A DNA stretch of 64,000 bases, from assembly GCA_963682135.1 (NCBI GenBank), contig OY821645.1, positions 2,144,001 to 2,208,000 of the forward strand, read 5' to 3'. The stretch is from Methanothrix sp. Lineage in GTDB: Archaea > Halobacteriota > Methanosarcinia > Methanotrichales > Methanotrichaceae. A model generated the notes under the pieces. The model did not search any database and was not told where the DNA came from. It worked only from the letters and a program-made list of their open reading frames with translations. The translations under genes were made by a program, and so were the position numbers. Positions 9,879-19,616 of the stretch are shown here, piece by piece; the first letter of the stretch is position 1, and every line of letters starts with the position of its first letter.

Positions 9879-11591
9879 TTACATCGTCTCTAGAGCATCA
9901 ATGCCCAGGGTATCCAGGGTCGTTCGCAGGGCATTGCGCGCTGCCCCGGCCAGGGCGAGCCTTGCCTGGCGCAGCCTCGGCTCGGCGTCCAGCACCGGGC
10001 TGTAGCGGTAGAAGTGGTTGAAGCTCTCCGCCAGCTCGCGGGCGTAGGTGGCCAGTTGATGAGGCTTCAGCTCACGGGCGGCTCTGTCGATGACCAGATC
10101 AAACTGTGCAATCTTCTTGATGAGGGCGATCTCGTTTTCGCCGGTGAGCAGATCGGCCTGGACCTTGACCGCCCCCTCCTGGCCCGCGTCTCCCCTGCAC
10201 AGATCTTCTCCCTTGCGCAGGATGCTGCAAGCGCGGGCATGCGAGTACTGGATGAAGGGCGCGGAAAGCTTCTCAAAGTCCAGGGCCTGCTTCCAGTCAA
10301 AGGTGGTAGCCTTGTCAGGGGAGACTTTGACCACGTCGTAGCGCACTGCTCCCGTCGCCACCTGGGCCGCCACCACTTTCAGGAATTCCAGGCTCTCCTC
10401 CGGGCGTCTCAACCGGACCTCTTCATAGGCCTGTTTCTCCACCTCATCGAGCAGCTCATCCGCAGAGATGAACTTGCCCTTTCTGGTGCTCATTGAACCG
10501 GTGGGCAGGGAGACGAACTCGAAAATGACCACCTCAGGTTCGCGAACGCCCAAAAGGCGCAGGGCGGTGCACAGCTGCCCGGAGACCAGCTTGTGGTCGG
10601 CACCCAGAACATCCACGGAGCGGTCCGAGTTCAGGGACTTCCAGCGGTGGTAGGCCAGGTCGCGGGTGATGTAAAGCGAGGTTCCGTTCGCCCTCTTGAG
10701 GACCATCTTCTTCTCAAAGCCGTGGCCGGTGAGATCGAGCTGAAAAGCGCCCCCCTCGTATTCCGTGAGCCCCGTCTTCTCCAGTTGGCCAAGAATCTCT
10801 GAGACATCCCCCTTTCGCACGAACTCCGATTCCCAGTGGTAGCTGTCGTGGCGGATGTTCATGCGGTGCAGTGTCTGTTCTATGCCGCCAATGGCGTACT
10901 TGATGGCGCTCTGGATCTTGGCCACCGTCTCATCGTCGCCCGCCTCGTAGCGCTGGATAACCTGATCAGCCTCATCCCGGATCTCGGGATTGGTTTCCAT
11001 GAGACGGTTGGCGGCGATGTAGACCTTGGCCACGGCGTGGTCGGCCTTGCTGCCGTCCAGCTGGAAGTGATCGCAGCCCACGACCACCATGGCTTCCTGG
11101 CGGCCCATGTCGTTGACGTAGTACTGGGCGTCCACAGTGCAGCCTGCCCGGCGCAGGATGCGCACCAGCGTGTCGCCGATCACGGAATTGCGGATGTGGC
11201 CCACGTGCAGTGGCCCGTCGGGATTGGCGGAGGTGTGCTCCACGATGACTCTTTCGTTCATGCGGCCGGTCCAGGCGTTGTCTGCCAGGGCCTGCTGCAA
11301 GACGGTCTCCAGAAACTTCCGGCTCATGAAGAAGTTGAGATAGGGGCCGGAAAGCTCCACCTTTTGCACATAACTGAAATTCTGGCCGATTGCCTGGTGA
11401 ATCTCCCTGGCAATGACCACCGGACTTTTTTTCAGCAAAGGCGCCAGCCGGAAGGCCACGGACGAAGCCAGGTCGGCATGAGGGCTCAACTCCAGCCCAA
11501 GATTGTTTACTCCTTCCTCTACCTTGAATTCGCAGGAACTGAGGGCATCGCGAAGAAGCCCCTCAACCTCGCCTAGAAAATCGAGAAACAT
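9879..11591 (-). CDS. argS: Arginine--tRNA ligase
   Basis: EHTSANPDGPLHVGHIRN (HIGH), MSTRKG, QYSHARACSIL anticodon domain. Confidence 0.97.
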   Translation of the reverse strand: MFLDFLGEVEGLLRDALSSCEFKVEEGVNNLGLELSPHADLASSVAFRLAPLLKKSPVVIAREIHQAIGQNFSYVQKVELSGPYLNFFMSRKFLETVLQQALADNAWTGRMNERVIVEHTSANPDGPLHVGHIRNSVIGDTLVRILRRAGCTVDAQYYVNDMGRQEAMVVVGCDHFQLDGSKADHAVAKVYIAANRLMETNPEIRDEADQVIQRYEAGDDETVAKIQSAIKYAIGGIEQTLHRMNIRHDSYHWESEFVRKGDVSEILGQLEKTGLTEYEGGAFQLDLTGHGFEKKMVLKRANGTSLYITRDLAYHRWKSLNSDRSVDVLGADHKLVSGQLCTALRLLGVREPEVVIFEFVSLPTGSMSTRKGKFISADELLDEVEKQAYEEVRLRRPEESLEFLKVVAAQVATGAVRYDVVKVSPDKATTFDWKQALDFEKLSAPFIQYSHARACSILRKGEDLCRGDAGQEGAVKVQADLLTGENEIALIKKIAQFDLVIDRAARELKPHQLATYARELAESFNHFYRYSPVLDAEPRLRQARLALAGAARNALRTTLDTLGIDALETM

Positions 11592-11720
11592 GGGAACACC
11601 AGTATGAATAGTATGTTTATCGATAAATAGGATGAGGCGATATAAGCATTACGTCATGCACAGTCCTTTCTAGGAAAGTATATGATGTTCGGCGACTTAC
11701 ATTAATGATGAGGTTTTACC

Positions 11721-12947
11721 ATGAAACTCTTTGCAGTTGTTCTGATACTTTTGTTGTGCGCCCCTGCCCTTGCCATCTCTGATGAGGCGAACGGGGTCGA
11801 AGCCACCACCGCCATTACCCTGCCTGTAGACTCCGTCACCATCTATCCGGACGGCCTGATGGCAGTGAAACGAACGGGGAGCCTGGATGTGACAGACGGC
11901 GTGCATAAATTTGTGATCAATGTTCCTGAGAAGGCCGAGCTAAGCTCAGTGCTCCTAACCGTAAGCAACGCGAGCCAGGAACGGGTGGTCTACGATGCCA
12001 ATCCCGTCTACACCCTGAACATCTCCGCGCCGGGATCGCAGAATTTTGACCTCTCCTATCTCATGTACGATGCCGCCACCTGGAAGCCGGTCTACGACCT
12101 GCACCTTCTTCGTGACTCTGTATTGGTGAAGGCCAATGCGGTGCTGAGCAATCGCGGCGGAGAGGATCTCAAGAACGTGCGCCTCAAGCTGGTAGCGGGC
12201 CTGCCTCTGGGAATCGAGCCATTTCTAGCCAAGGCCGCGCCCCAGATAAATCAGCGATATGCTGAAGCCGCCCCCATGGCAGCTATGGACTATGCAGCCG
12301 CGCCAGCGCCCGCCTCGGGAGAGCTGGAGACGCTCTACATCTTCGAGCTGGAAGGGCGAAAGGACCTGGTCATGGATAAGGAGATCGGCTTTCCCCTCTT
12401 CGAGGAAAATGCGCCCCTGGTGAGAATTTACACATGGGATGCCTACAGCCAGGAGGAAGGCCCGGCCAAGGAGGAGATTCGAGCCAACAACACCATGACC
12501 AGTCCCTGGCCGACGGGAAACGCTCTGCTCTACAGAAATGACGAGTACGTCTCCACCATTGAGATGCCCTACACTCCAGCCGGCACCAACGCCTCCATAG
12601 TAGTGGGACCCTCTGCCGATCTGAAGGTGGAGCGCAAGCTCTTCGACTACAATAAAACCGAGAACATTAAAGTGATAGGCCGGGGGCAGGGCAATCATAC
12701 AGTGAAAGAGACCATTGAAGCCTGGACCTATAACCTGAAGATCAAGAGCAACCTGGACCGAGCGGCAGCGCTGGAGGTAACGGACAGCAAACCCCAGGAG
12801 GCCGTGATTATCTCCGTCACGCCCAAGCCTGCCGAGAGCACAGCCACCAGCCTCAAGTGGAAACTGCAGCTTGCGTCCCGGCAGAAGATGGCTATAAATT
12901 ACACCTATCAGGTAACTACGACGGAGAGCCTGGATCGGGCATATTAG
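11721..12947 (+). CDS. DUF4139-domain secreted protein
   Basis: VDSVTIYPDG N-terminus, SYL..ATWKPVYDL, NRGGEDLKNVRLKLVAG, C-terminal LKWKL..INYTY. Confidence 0.8.
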   Translation: MKLFAVVLILLLCAPALAISDEANGVEATTAITLPVDSVTIYPDGLMAVKRTGSLDVTDGVHKFVINVPEKAELSSVLLTVSNASQERVVYDANPVYTLNISAPGSQNFDLSYLMYDAATWKPVYDLHLLRDSVLVKANAVLSNRGGEDLKNVRLKLVAGLPLGIEPFLAKAAPQINQRYAEAAPMAAMDYAAAPAPASGELETLYIFELEGRKDLVMDKEIGFPLFEENAPLVRIYTWDAYSQEEGPAKEEIRANNTMTSPWPTGNALLYRNDEYVSTIEMPYTPAGTNASIVVGPSADLKVERKLFDYNKTENIKVIGRGQGNHTVKETIEAWTYNLKIKSNLDRAAALEVTDSKPQEAVIISVTPKPAESTATSLKWKLQLASRQKMAINYTYQVTTTESLDRAY

Positions 12948-13153
12948 TTTCAAAAATTTTCTTTTTTATGTCCCTTTTTCTGATAGCTTCAGATAAATCC
13001 GTTCATCTCCTGGGCCCGCTCGAGTCTCAGGTGCCTGCGTCCTTCCGTTAACCTTCATTTAGCAGACCGCGAATCACATAAATAGGATGATGGATGAGTT
13101 CGTATTCATCTTCGATAATTCGCGGATTGTTATCAAGGGGGCAAAAAAAGAAA

Positions 13154-13444
13154 ATGCAACTTACAGGAATAATTAAAAAATCGGGAGATTGTTATGTGGC
13201 ACTGTGCATTGAGATCAATGTATCCAGCCAAGGAGAGAGCATAGAAGATGCGAGGAAAATGCTGCAAGAGGCTTGTGATGAGTATCTCTCCTATATGAAG
13301 GATGAAGGGCTGGAAGATGATATAAAATCAGTTCCTATGGACATTCTACGTGAATTTCTTATGGATGACGTCGAGTGCGTAAAGCCGTCTTCGAGTTGGG
13401 TTTATTCAGAAAGCATAACCTTTGAGGTTTGTGCCAGTGTCTAA
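13154..13444 (+). CDS. hicB: HicB-family antitoxin
   Basis: YVALCIEINVSSQGESIEDARKMLQEA. Confidence 0.85.
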   Translation: MQLTGIIKKSGDCYVALCIEINVSSQGESIEDARKMLQEACDEYLSYMKDEGLEDDIKSVPMDILREFLMDDVECVKPSSSWVYSESITFEVCASV

Positions 13445-13673
13445 GAAAATCCCACCCATGTCGAGCCAGAAACTTATCAAGCTTCTCAATCAAGGCAATG
13501 CCAGATTCGTCAGGCAGAGCGGAACCAGCCACGCCATCTTTGAGCGAGAGAGTGATGGGAGAATGTACAGAACACCTGTGATTATGGCCAAGAGCGATCT
13601 TTCATCTAAATATGTAAAACTCGTTTTGCGTCAGTTGGGCTTTACAGATGCAGAAGTAGATGCGCTTATTTGA
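13437..13673 (+). CDS. hicA: HicA-family mRNA interferase toxin
   Basis: KLIKLL...FVRQSGTSHAIF...VLRQLG; GTG start overlapping the hicB end. Confidence 0.8.
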   Translation: MSKKIPPMSSQKLIKLLNQGNARFVRQSGTSHAIFERESDGRMYRTPVIMAKSDLSSKYVKLVLRQLGFTDAEVDALI

Positions 13674-13731
13674 AATGTGAGATATTTAGTCCGCGCGAAA
13701 AAAAAATGATCGGCATAGAGGGCTTTAGCGT

Positions 13732-14196
13732 CTAATCCACCTGCACCCTCTGCGCGTTTATAACCACGAGTTTAGGAAGATGAACCTCCAATATGCCGTC
13801 CTTGAAGGTGGCTTTCACCTGTTCCGGCTTGACCTCTATGGGCAGCTTGATATCCCGCTTGCGGCCCATTGTGCCCATCTCCCGGCGCAGATATTTTCCC
13901 TCTCTGGGAGTGGTCTTGGCATCGACATAGAGGCTGTCCTCCGTCACCCGCAGATCGATCTTCTCCTTGCTGGCACCCGGCAAAGCCACCAGGACGATCA
14001 GCTCATCGTCCGCCTCAATGAGATCGATAGGGGCAAGATCGCTGCTCTTGACCTCGCTAATCTCGCTGCTCACATCTCCCAGGATCTTCTTGGCCGCTTG
14101 GCTCGCCTGGCTGGACATCCTGGCAGCCTCAACGGCCGCCCTGCCGATCACACGTTCCAGATCGCTGCTCCCTGAGGTATCGGATTTCATGATCAA
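13732..14196 (-). CDS. Small heat-shock protein (Hsp20/alpha-crystallin)
   Basis: PIDLIE..LPGASKEKI...KATFKDGILEVHLPK. Confidence 0.9.
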   Translation of the reverse strand: MIMKSDTSGSSDLERVIGRAAVEAARMSSQASQAAKKILGDVSSEISEVKSSDLAPIDLIEADDELIVLVALPGASKEKIDLRVTEDSLYVDAKTTPREGKYLRREMGTMGRKRDIKLPIEVKPEQVKATFKDGILEVHLPKLVVINAQRVQVD

Positions 14197-14212
14197 AATA
14201 ATGTCATTGCCA

Positions 14213-15514
14213 TCATAAAACCTTTTGCTTTATCCTCGATTTTCCAAGGAAGCGGCCATATCCCGATGGGACGAGAAAATCTCCATCGTAGACTACCTTG
14301 CCCCGAACCAAAGTCATTTGGGGAAAGATGGCATCTTTTCCCTCAAAGGGCGTCCATTCCGCCCGGCTGTGCAAACGATCGGCATTTATCTGCGTGACGG
14401 ACTTGGTATCGAAAATCACCAGATCGGCATCCTTGCCCGTCTCAATGGTCCCCTTACCGGCCAGGCCGAAGATGCAAGCAGGCCTGCGGGCTGCGGCATC
14501 CACCAGCCTCTCCAGGCCGAGCAGGTTTCTTTTCACCGCAATGAGCATCATGGGCAGCATGGTCTCCACGCCCGGCACCCCAGCCGGCGCTTCCCAGATG
14601 TCATCCTTCTTCTCCTCAGGCAGGTGCGGCGCATGATCCGAGGCCAAGATATCGATAGTCCCTGATCGCAGGCCCTGCCAGAGAGCATCGTTGTCCGCCT
14701 GGCGTCTCAAGGGTGGATTCATCTTCAGGTATGAGCCCTGTTTTTTATAATCCTTGATGTTGAGCAAAAGGTGATGAGGTGTCGCCTCACAGGTCACTTT
14801 TTTGCCGTCTCTCTTTGCCTTTGCTACCCTTTCCAGACCCAAGGCCGAACTGAGGTGGCAGATGTGCAGACGGCTGGCCCAACTCAGACACTTGTCTATG
14901 GCTACCGCCTCGGCTGCCGCAGGCCGTGCCTCGGAATAGACCTCTGCATCATGCCGACCCAGGAGTGAAGCGGCCAGCTCTTTTATAATCAACCCGTCCT
15001 CGGCATGAAGGGTAGCCAGCATTCCTGCCTGCTCTGCTTGCACAAGGATTTTCAAAAGCCGCTCGTCGCTGTGCTCATAGGAAAATATCTCGCCTATGGC
15101 CGTCGCCCCGGCTGCCGCCAGCTCATCGATATTTCCAGGCCCCCCATTAAGGCAGAAGTCTACCAGAGAGCGATGGCGGGCAATATCCAGCTTCTCTCTA
15201 AAGGATCTGGCGTCCAATGTACGGGGAGATGTGTTGGGCTGATCGATTACCGTGGTCACCCCACCAGCGGCAGCTGCCGCCGATCCGCTGGCCCAGTCCT
15301 CTTTGTAATTGGGCCCAGGATCACGAAAGTGCACATGAGCATCGATGGCACCGGGCAGAACCAGCATGCCCTTCGCATCGATTCTCTCCTCGGCTTGGTG
15401 GTCTCCGCCCATGGCCGCAATTCGTCCATCTTTGATCCAGATGTCTATGCTCATCTGCCCGTGGGCCGTAAAAACCCGGCCGTTCTTAACTACCAGATCA
15501 AAGTTTATATCCAA
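14213..15514 (-). CDS. pyrC: Dihydroorotase
   Basis: PGAIDAHVHFRDPG, EATPHHL, KMNPPLR, SDHAPH; probable TTG start at 15514. Confidence 0.9.
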   Translation of the reverse strand: MDINFDLVVKNGRVFTAHGQMSIDIWIKDGRIAAMGGDHQAEERIDAKGMLVLPGAIDAHVHFRDPGPNYKEDWASGSAAAAAGGVTTVIDQPNTSPRTLDARSFREKLDIARHRSLVDFCLNGGPGNIDELAAAGATAIGEIFSYEHSDERLLKILVQAEQAGMLATLHAEDGLIIKELAASLLGRHDAEVYSEARPAAAEAVAIDKCLSWASRLHICHLSSALGLERVAKAKRDGKKVTCEATPHHLLLNIKDYKKQGSYLKMNPPLRRQADNDALWQGLRSGTIDILASDHAPHLPEEKKDDIWEAPAGVPGVETMLPMMLIAVKRNLLGLERLVDAAARRPACIFGLAGKGTIETGKDADLVIFDTKSVTQINADRLHSRAEWTPFEGKDAIFPQMTLVRGKVVYDGDFLVPSGYGRFLGKSRIKQKVL

Positions 15515-15980
15515 ACCTCCGCAGCAACTTGCGTCTATCCTCGACCTGGGCCGGAGTCTCCGCTCCAAGGGGCGAGAAGCCATCAATGACACCCATAATT
15601 CCCCGTCCTTGCTCCGTCTCGGCTACAACCACCTGTAAGGGATTGGCTGTTGCGCAGAAGATGCCGCAGACCTCCTGCACGGCTTTGATAGCGTTCAGGA
15701 CGTTAATGGGAAAAGCCCCCTTCATCAGCACCACAAAGGTATGCCCGCAGGCGAGAGCCAGGGAATTTCCTCTGGCAGCCTCGATGAGGCTTTCATCGTT
15801 GCCTTCCGTGCGCACCAGGCAGTCGCCGCTGGCCTCGGAAAAAGCGACGGCGAACTTCGCGAATGGGATTGTGCCCGCCATGACCTCATAGATATCCTCA
15901 GCCGTTTTGATGAAGTGACTTTGCCCTAGAATCAGATTCGCTCCTTCAGGAATTTTTACATCTACGATCTTTAGCTCCAT
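15498..15980 (-). CDS. Adenosine-specific kinase family (DUF355)
   Basis: NLILGQSHFIKTAED, FSEASG, CATANP, GVIDGFSP, FGYKL. Confidence 0.9.
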   Translation of the reverse strand: MELKIVDVKIPEGANLILGQSHFIKTAEDIYEVMAGTIPFAKFAVAFSEASGDCLVRTEGNDESLIEAARGNSLALACGHTFVVLMKGAFPINVLNAIKAVQEVCGIFCATANPLQVVVAETEQGRGIMGVIDGFSPLGAETPAQVEDRRKLLRRFGYKL

Positions 15981-16029
15981 CAACAATACCCTCGTAGTAG
16001 TGTTGTGTGCGGGCTGCAGACTTATACTT

Positions 16030-16308
16030 TTACTTATTGCGAAGTCCCTTCTTGGGCCCCACAGATTGCTTTGCCAACTGCTTGCTCTTCTTAGTAATAA
16101 TTGAAGAGGTTATATAGTAGACTACTATGAACAATATGGCAGAATATATCGCCATGCTGATCGATTCTATGATATTTAGCTTCAACAAAAAGTAAGAATA
16201 TGGGACATATATCAGTAGAACCATAATACCGGCAATAGCTGCCTGTTGCATCAGCGTATACTGCCGAAAGCGCAAAATAAGCTCTGTATAACTTGGAAAA
16301 TTCACCAC
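16030..16308 (-). CDS. Small 2-TM membrane protein
   Basis: Two hydrophobic helices and a basic tail; overlaps the upstream stop. Confidence 0.7.
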   Translation of the reverse strand: MVNFPSYTELILRFRQYTLMQQAAIAGIMVLLIYVPYSYFLLKLNIIESISMAIYSAILFIVVYYITSSIITKKSKQLAKQSVGPKKGLRNK

Positions 16309-17198
16309 GGGTCCTTCACCTCATCGACTCTTAGCATTCCTTTTCTGTTCATATAAAGCCTTGTCCACCAGAGATTTGATAGGGGCGCTAAAACCAGCAT
16401 ATTCACTATGCCGTTGAGCGCCGAGAGAGGAGCACCACTTATCTCCTCGCCCGTAGAAAATGCGCCGCTGATCATCTGCAGGCCCAGAGATAAAGCAGCT
16501 ACTACCAGCCAGAGAATTACCACATCAAACTTGTTGTAACGGAAAAAATTTGCGGATGCCAAAACAGCCTGCATAGGCCCCAGGTCCTCTACCACCAGGG
16601 CATAAGGCACGCTGACCAGAACCACAGAAAGGGCCAGGGCATAAAGTATGAAGAGGAGCAGGCCCACTGCCACCAGGCCAATAGCCTGCGAATCCGCCTG
16701 CAAAGACGTCACTCCCTGGGCCAGTGCCGGCAGAAGGAAGATCAGGCCGGCCAGTGTCAGCAATCCCAACAACAGGGTTGCCAGGAACATATTAAAGAAA
16801 TGGGTCTTTCCGGCGGACCACATGCTACCTGTATCAGATTTCCCCGTATCCAGAGCTTGCCTGGCCATGCCTATAGCCCCGGCTGTGAAGAATGCATTAA
16901 CCAAAGACAATACTAGGACCAGCACCAAGAAGATAACTGCGATCGGTAGGATCTTCTCCATCTCAAGATGATCCAAAGAGCCCTGCATCTGAGCGATCAG
17001 CTCTTGCATATTTTCATCATTTTGCAGCAAGGTCGCATTCATGCTAGCCATGGGCATGGAGGTCATAAAGATGGCCGCCAGGAAGGGCAGGGAGATTATC
17101 ATGGAGAGGAAAATGCTGAGCAGGAAGGGAATACATAGGTTTAGGTTGCTTCTCCAGATGCCAAATCCCTTGCCGATCAAATCTCCAATTTCTTCCAT
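16302..17198 (-). CDS. Multi-pass membrane protein
   Basis: About 6 TM segments, within the apparent PUA operon. Confidence 0.75.
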   Translation of the reverse strand: MEEIGDLIGKGFGIWRSNLNLCIPFLLSIFLSMIISLPFLAAIFMTSMPMASMNATLLQNDENMQELIAQMQGSLDHLEMEKILPIAVIFLVLVLVLSLVNAFFTAGAIGMARQALDTGKSDTGSMWSAGKTHFFNMFLATLLLGLLTLAGLIFLLPALAQGVTSLQADSQAIGLVAVGLLLFILYALALSVVLVSVPYALVVEDLGPMQAVLASANFFRYNKFDVVILWLVVAALSLGLQMISGAFSTGEEISGAPLSALNGIVNMLVLAPLSNLWWTRLYMNRKGMLRVDEVKDPW

Positions 17199-17202
17199 TT
17201 AT

Positions 17203-17685
17203 TCATTCCTCCAGCTCATTCCAGATCGCATCGCCCACGTGGTGCAGCGACTTTACCGCCTTTCCATCTCCCTTCATATCCGTCCCCGCTACCAGGGCCC
17301 GGCCTATGGCCAGAGGCTTTTGATACCTCTCCTCTACGATTACCACCAGGTCGCCGACGGCTATCTCCGGATCGGCTGAGACTATGCCTGGCTTCATGAT
17401 GTCTGCTCCGTTCACCACAAAGCGCACGGCACCTGCATCCACTACCACCAGCCTCTTCTTAGGGCTAAGTTCAATGGCACCCAGAACGGTAAAAAAGGGC
17501 TGATCTTCCACAATCATCATCAAAGGCCGACCATCTACGAAGATGAGATCTACTCCCTCGTCGCTTATCGCCATCTCCAGAGATGAGCGGCGCAGGCGAG
17601 AAGTGTCGTCCAGTAAGGGCTCTATCTTCGCAATTACCTTCCGAGCGTCGCTCCCCTTGAGGTGATGCCTGGATTTTATCTTCAT
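17203..17685 (-). CDS. PUA-domain RNA-binding protein (MCTS1/Tma20-like)
   Basis: VVVDAGAVRFVVNGADIMKPGI, GKAVKSLHHVGD. Confidence 0.9.
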   Translation of the reverse strand: MKIKSRHHLKGSDARKVIAKIEPLLDDTSRLRRSSLEMAISDEGVDLIFVDGRPLMMIVEDQPFFTVLGAIELSPKKRLVVVDAGAVRFVVNGADIMKPGIVSADPEIAVGDLVVIVEERYQKPLAIGRALVAGTDMKGDGKAVKSLHHVGDAIWNELEE

Positions 17686-17713
17686 GCGAGGGAGAATATC
17701 CCGATAGGTTTAA

Positions 17714-17995
<282 letters not shown>

Positions 17996-18005
17996 GGTTT
18001 TCTAG

Positions 18006-18182
18006 ATGACGAAAGGTACTCCTTCTATGGGCAAGCGCCACAAGAGTTCGCATATCCGATGCAGACGCTGTGGCAGCATATCGTTCAATTTCAAGAGAAA
18101 AGTGTGTGTCCACTGCGGCTTTGGCAGTTCAACTAAGCTACGCATGGGCAGTCACAAGTGGATGAGAAAGGCAGATTACTAG
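18006..18182 (+). CDS. rpl37e: 50S ribosomal protein L37e (not in the ORF track)
   Basis: Manual translation [40 protein letters not shown]...; conserved Sm-L37e order. Confidence 0.95.
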   Translation: MTKGTPSMGKRHKSSHIRCRRCGSISFNFKRKVCVHCGFGSSTKLRMGSHKWMRKADY

Positions 18183-18192
18183 AGGCGTAAAG

Positions 18193-19611
18193 TTGCACGA
18201 TGCCTGCGGCGTTGTCGGGATTTCCTTCAATGAGACGGGCAATAATGTAGCTAAATCCATTTACTATGCCCTTTATGCCCTGCAGCACCGGGGGCAGGAG
18301 GCGGCGGGCATCTCAGTGCATGACGGCAAGGCCATACGCACCCATCGAGGGATGGGCCTTGTCTCAGAAGTATTTGATGATGCCCAGATCGCCCTGTTGC
18401 GTGGCCAGGTGGGCATCGGTCATGTTCGATATCCGACATCAGGCCGGTCATGCATAGAAAATAGCCAGCCTTTGCTAGTGAAATACAAAGACGGAGCTAT
18501 TGCCATAGCTCATAATGGTAATCTGGTGAATTCCTGCCAGCTCCGGGAGCATCTGGAGCAGTCGGGCGACATATTCTATTCTACATCAGACACCGAGGTT
18601 ATAGCTCACCTTTTTGTAAAAGAGCTCCTGCGCTATGATCTACAGGAAGCAGTGCGCGCCCTGATGCGTAAAATCGTGGGCTCTTACTCGCTTGTCTTTC
18701 TCTGGGGAGACACTGTCCTCGCCGTGCGCGACCCTCTGGGCATCAAACCGCTTTGCATCGGTGAGATCGATTCCGGCATCATGGTGGCCTCAGAGAGTGC
18801 CGCTATTGATACGCTTAATGGAAAGCTCATTCGCGATGTCATGCCCGGTGAGCTGGTAGTTATCAGGCATGGCGAGATGAAGTCGTATCAACTGGCCCAT
18901 CTGCCCCATCAGGCTCACTGCATATTCGAGTACATTTACTTTGCAAGGCCGGACAGCATCATGGACGGACGACTGATTTACGATGTGCGGGTGAACATCG
19001 GAGCCAATTTAGCCCGCGAGCATCCGGCTAATGCGGACACAGTAACACCCATCCCCGACTCAGGGATTACTCTGGCCGTGGGCTACCACCAGTGCTCAGG
19101 GATCAGCTACAGGGAATGCCTGATGAAGAACCGCTACATCGGCAGGACCTTCATCATGCCCGATCAGAGCATGCGAGAGACCGCCGTGCGCTTGAAGATG
19201 AATACCATCCGGCCCAATATTGAGGGCCATAAGCTGGTCTTGGTGGACGACTCAATTGTGCGCGGCACCACCAGCCGCAGGATCGTGGACATGGTCAGGA
19301 AGGCTGGCGCCGAAAAGGTGCATGTGCGCATAGGCAGCCCGCCTATCCTGGCGCCCTGCTATCTGGGCATCGATATGGCCAGCCGCGAGGAACTCATAGC
19401 TGCCTACAAGACCGTGGCGGGAGTGGAAGCGGTGATCAACGCCGACTCCCTGGGCTATGTGAGCCACAAAGGCCTGGTGAACGCGGTGGGCATACCCAAG
19501 GAGAACCTCTGCATGGGATGCCTGACTGGGCTCTATCCCGTTGAGATTCCGGGCGAGAAGTGCATGAAAGCGCAGACCAAACTATCGGAATATCTGGATC
19601 AGACAACTTGA
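18193..19611 (+). CDS. purF: Amidophosphoribosyltransferase
   Basis: N-terminal CG, LQHRGQEAAG, VDDSIVRGTT, Fe-S cysteines; TTG start. Confidence 0.97.
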   Translation: MHDACGVVGISFNETGNNVAKSIYYALYALQHRGQEAAGISVHDGKAIRTHRGMGLVSEVFDDAQIALLRGQVGIGHVRYPTSGRSCIENSQPLLVKYKDGAIAIAHNGNLVNSCQLREHLEQSGDIFYSTSDTEVIAHLFVKELLRYDLQEAVRALMRKIVGSYSLVFLWGDTVLAVRDPLGIKPLCIGEIDSGIMVASESAAIDTLNGKLIRDVMPGELVVIRHGEMKSYQLAHLPHQAHCIFEYIYFARPDSIMDGRLIYDVRVNIGANLAREHPANADTVTPIPDSGITLAVGYHQCSGISYRECLMKNRYIGRTFIMPDQSMRETAVRLKMNTIRPNIEGHKLVLVDDSIVRGTTSRRIVDMVRKAGAEKVHVRIGSPPILAPCYLGIDMASREELIAAYKTVAGVEAVINADSLGYVSHKGLVNAVGIPKENLCMGCLTGLYPVEIPGEKCMKAQTKLSEYLDQTT

Positions 19612-19616
19612 TTGGG

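Noticed and set aside
10014-11576. Long plus-strand ORFs opposite argS
   Set aside because: Antisense shadows of a GC-rich gene; the same applies to 40142..41248 and 58048..58884.
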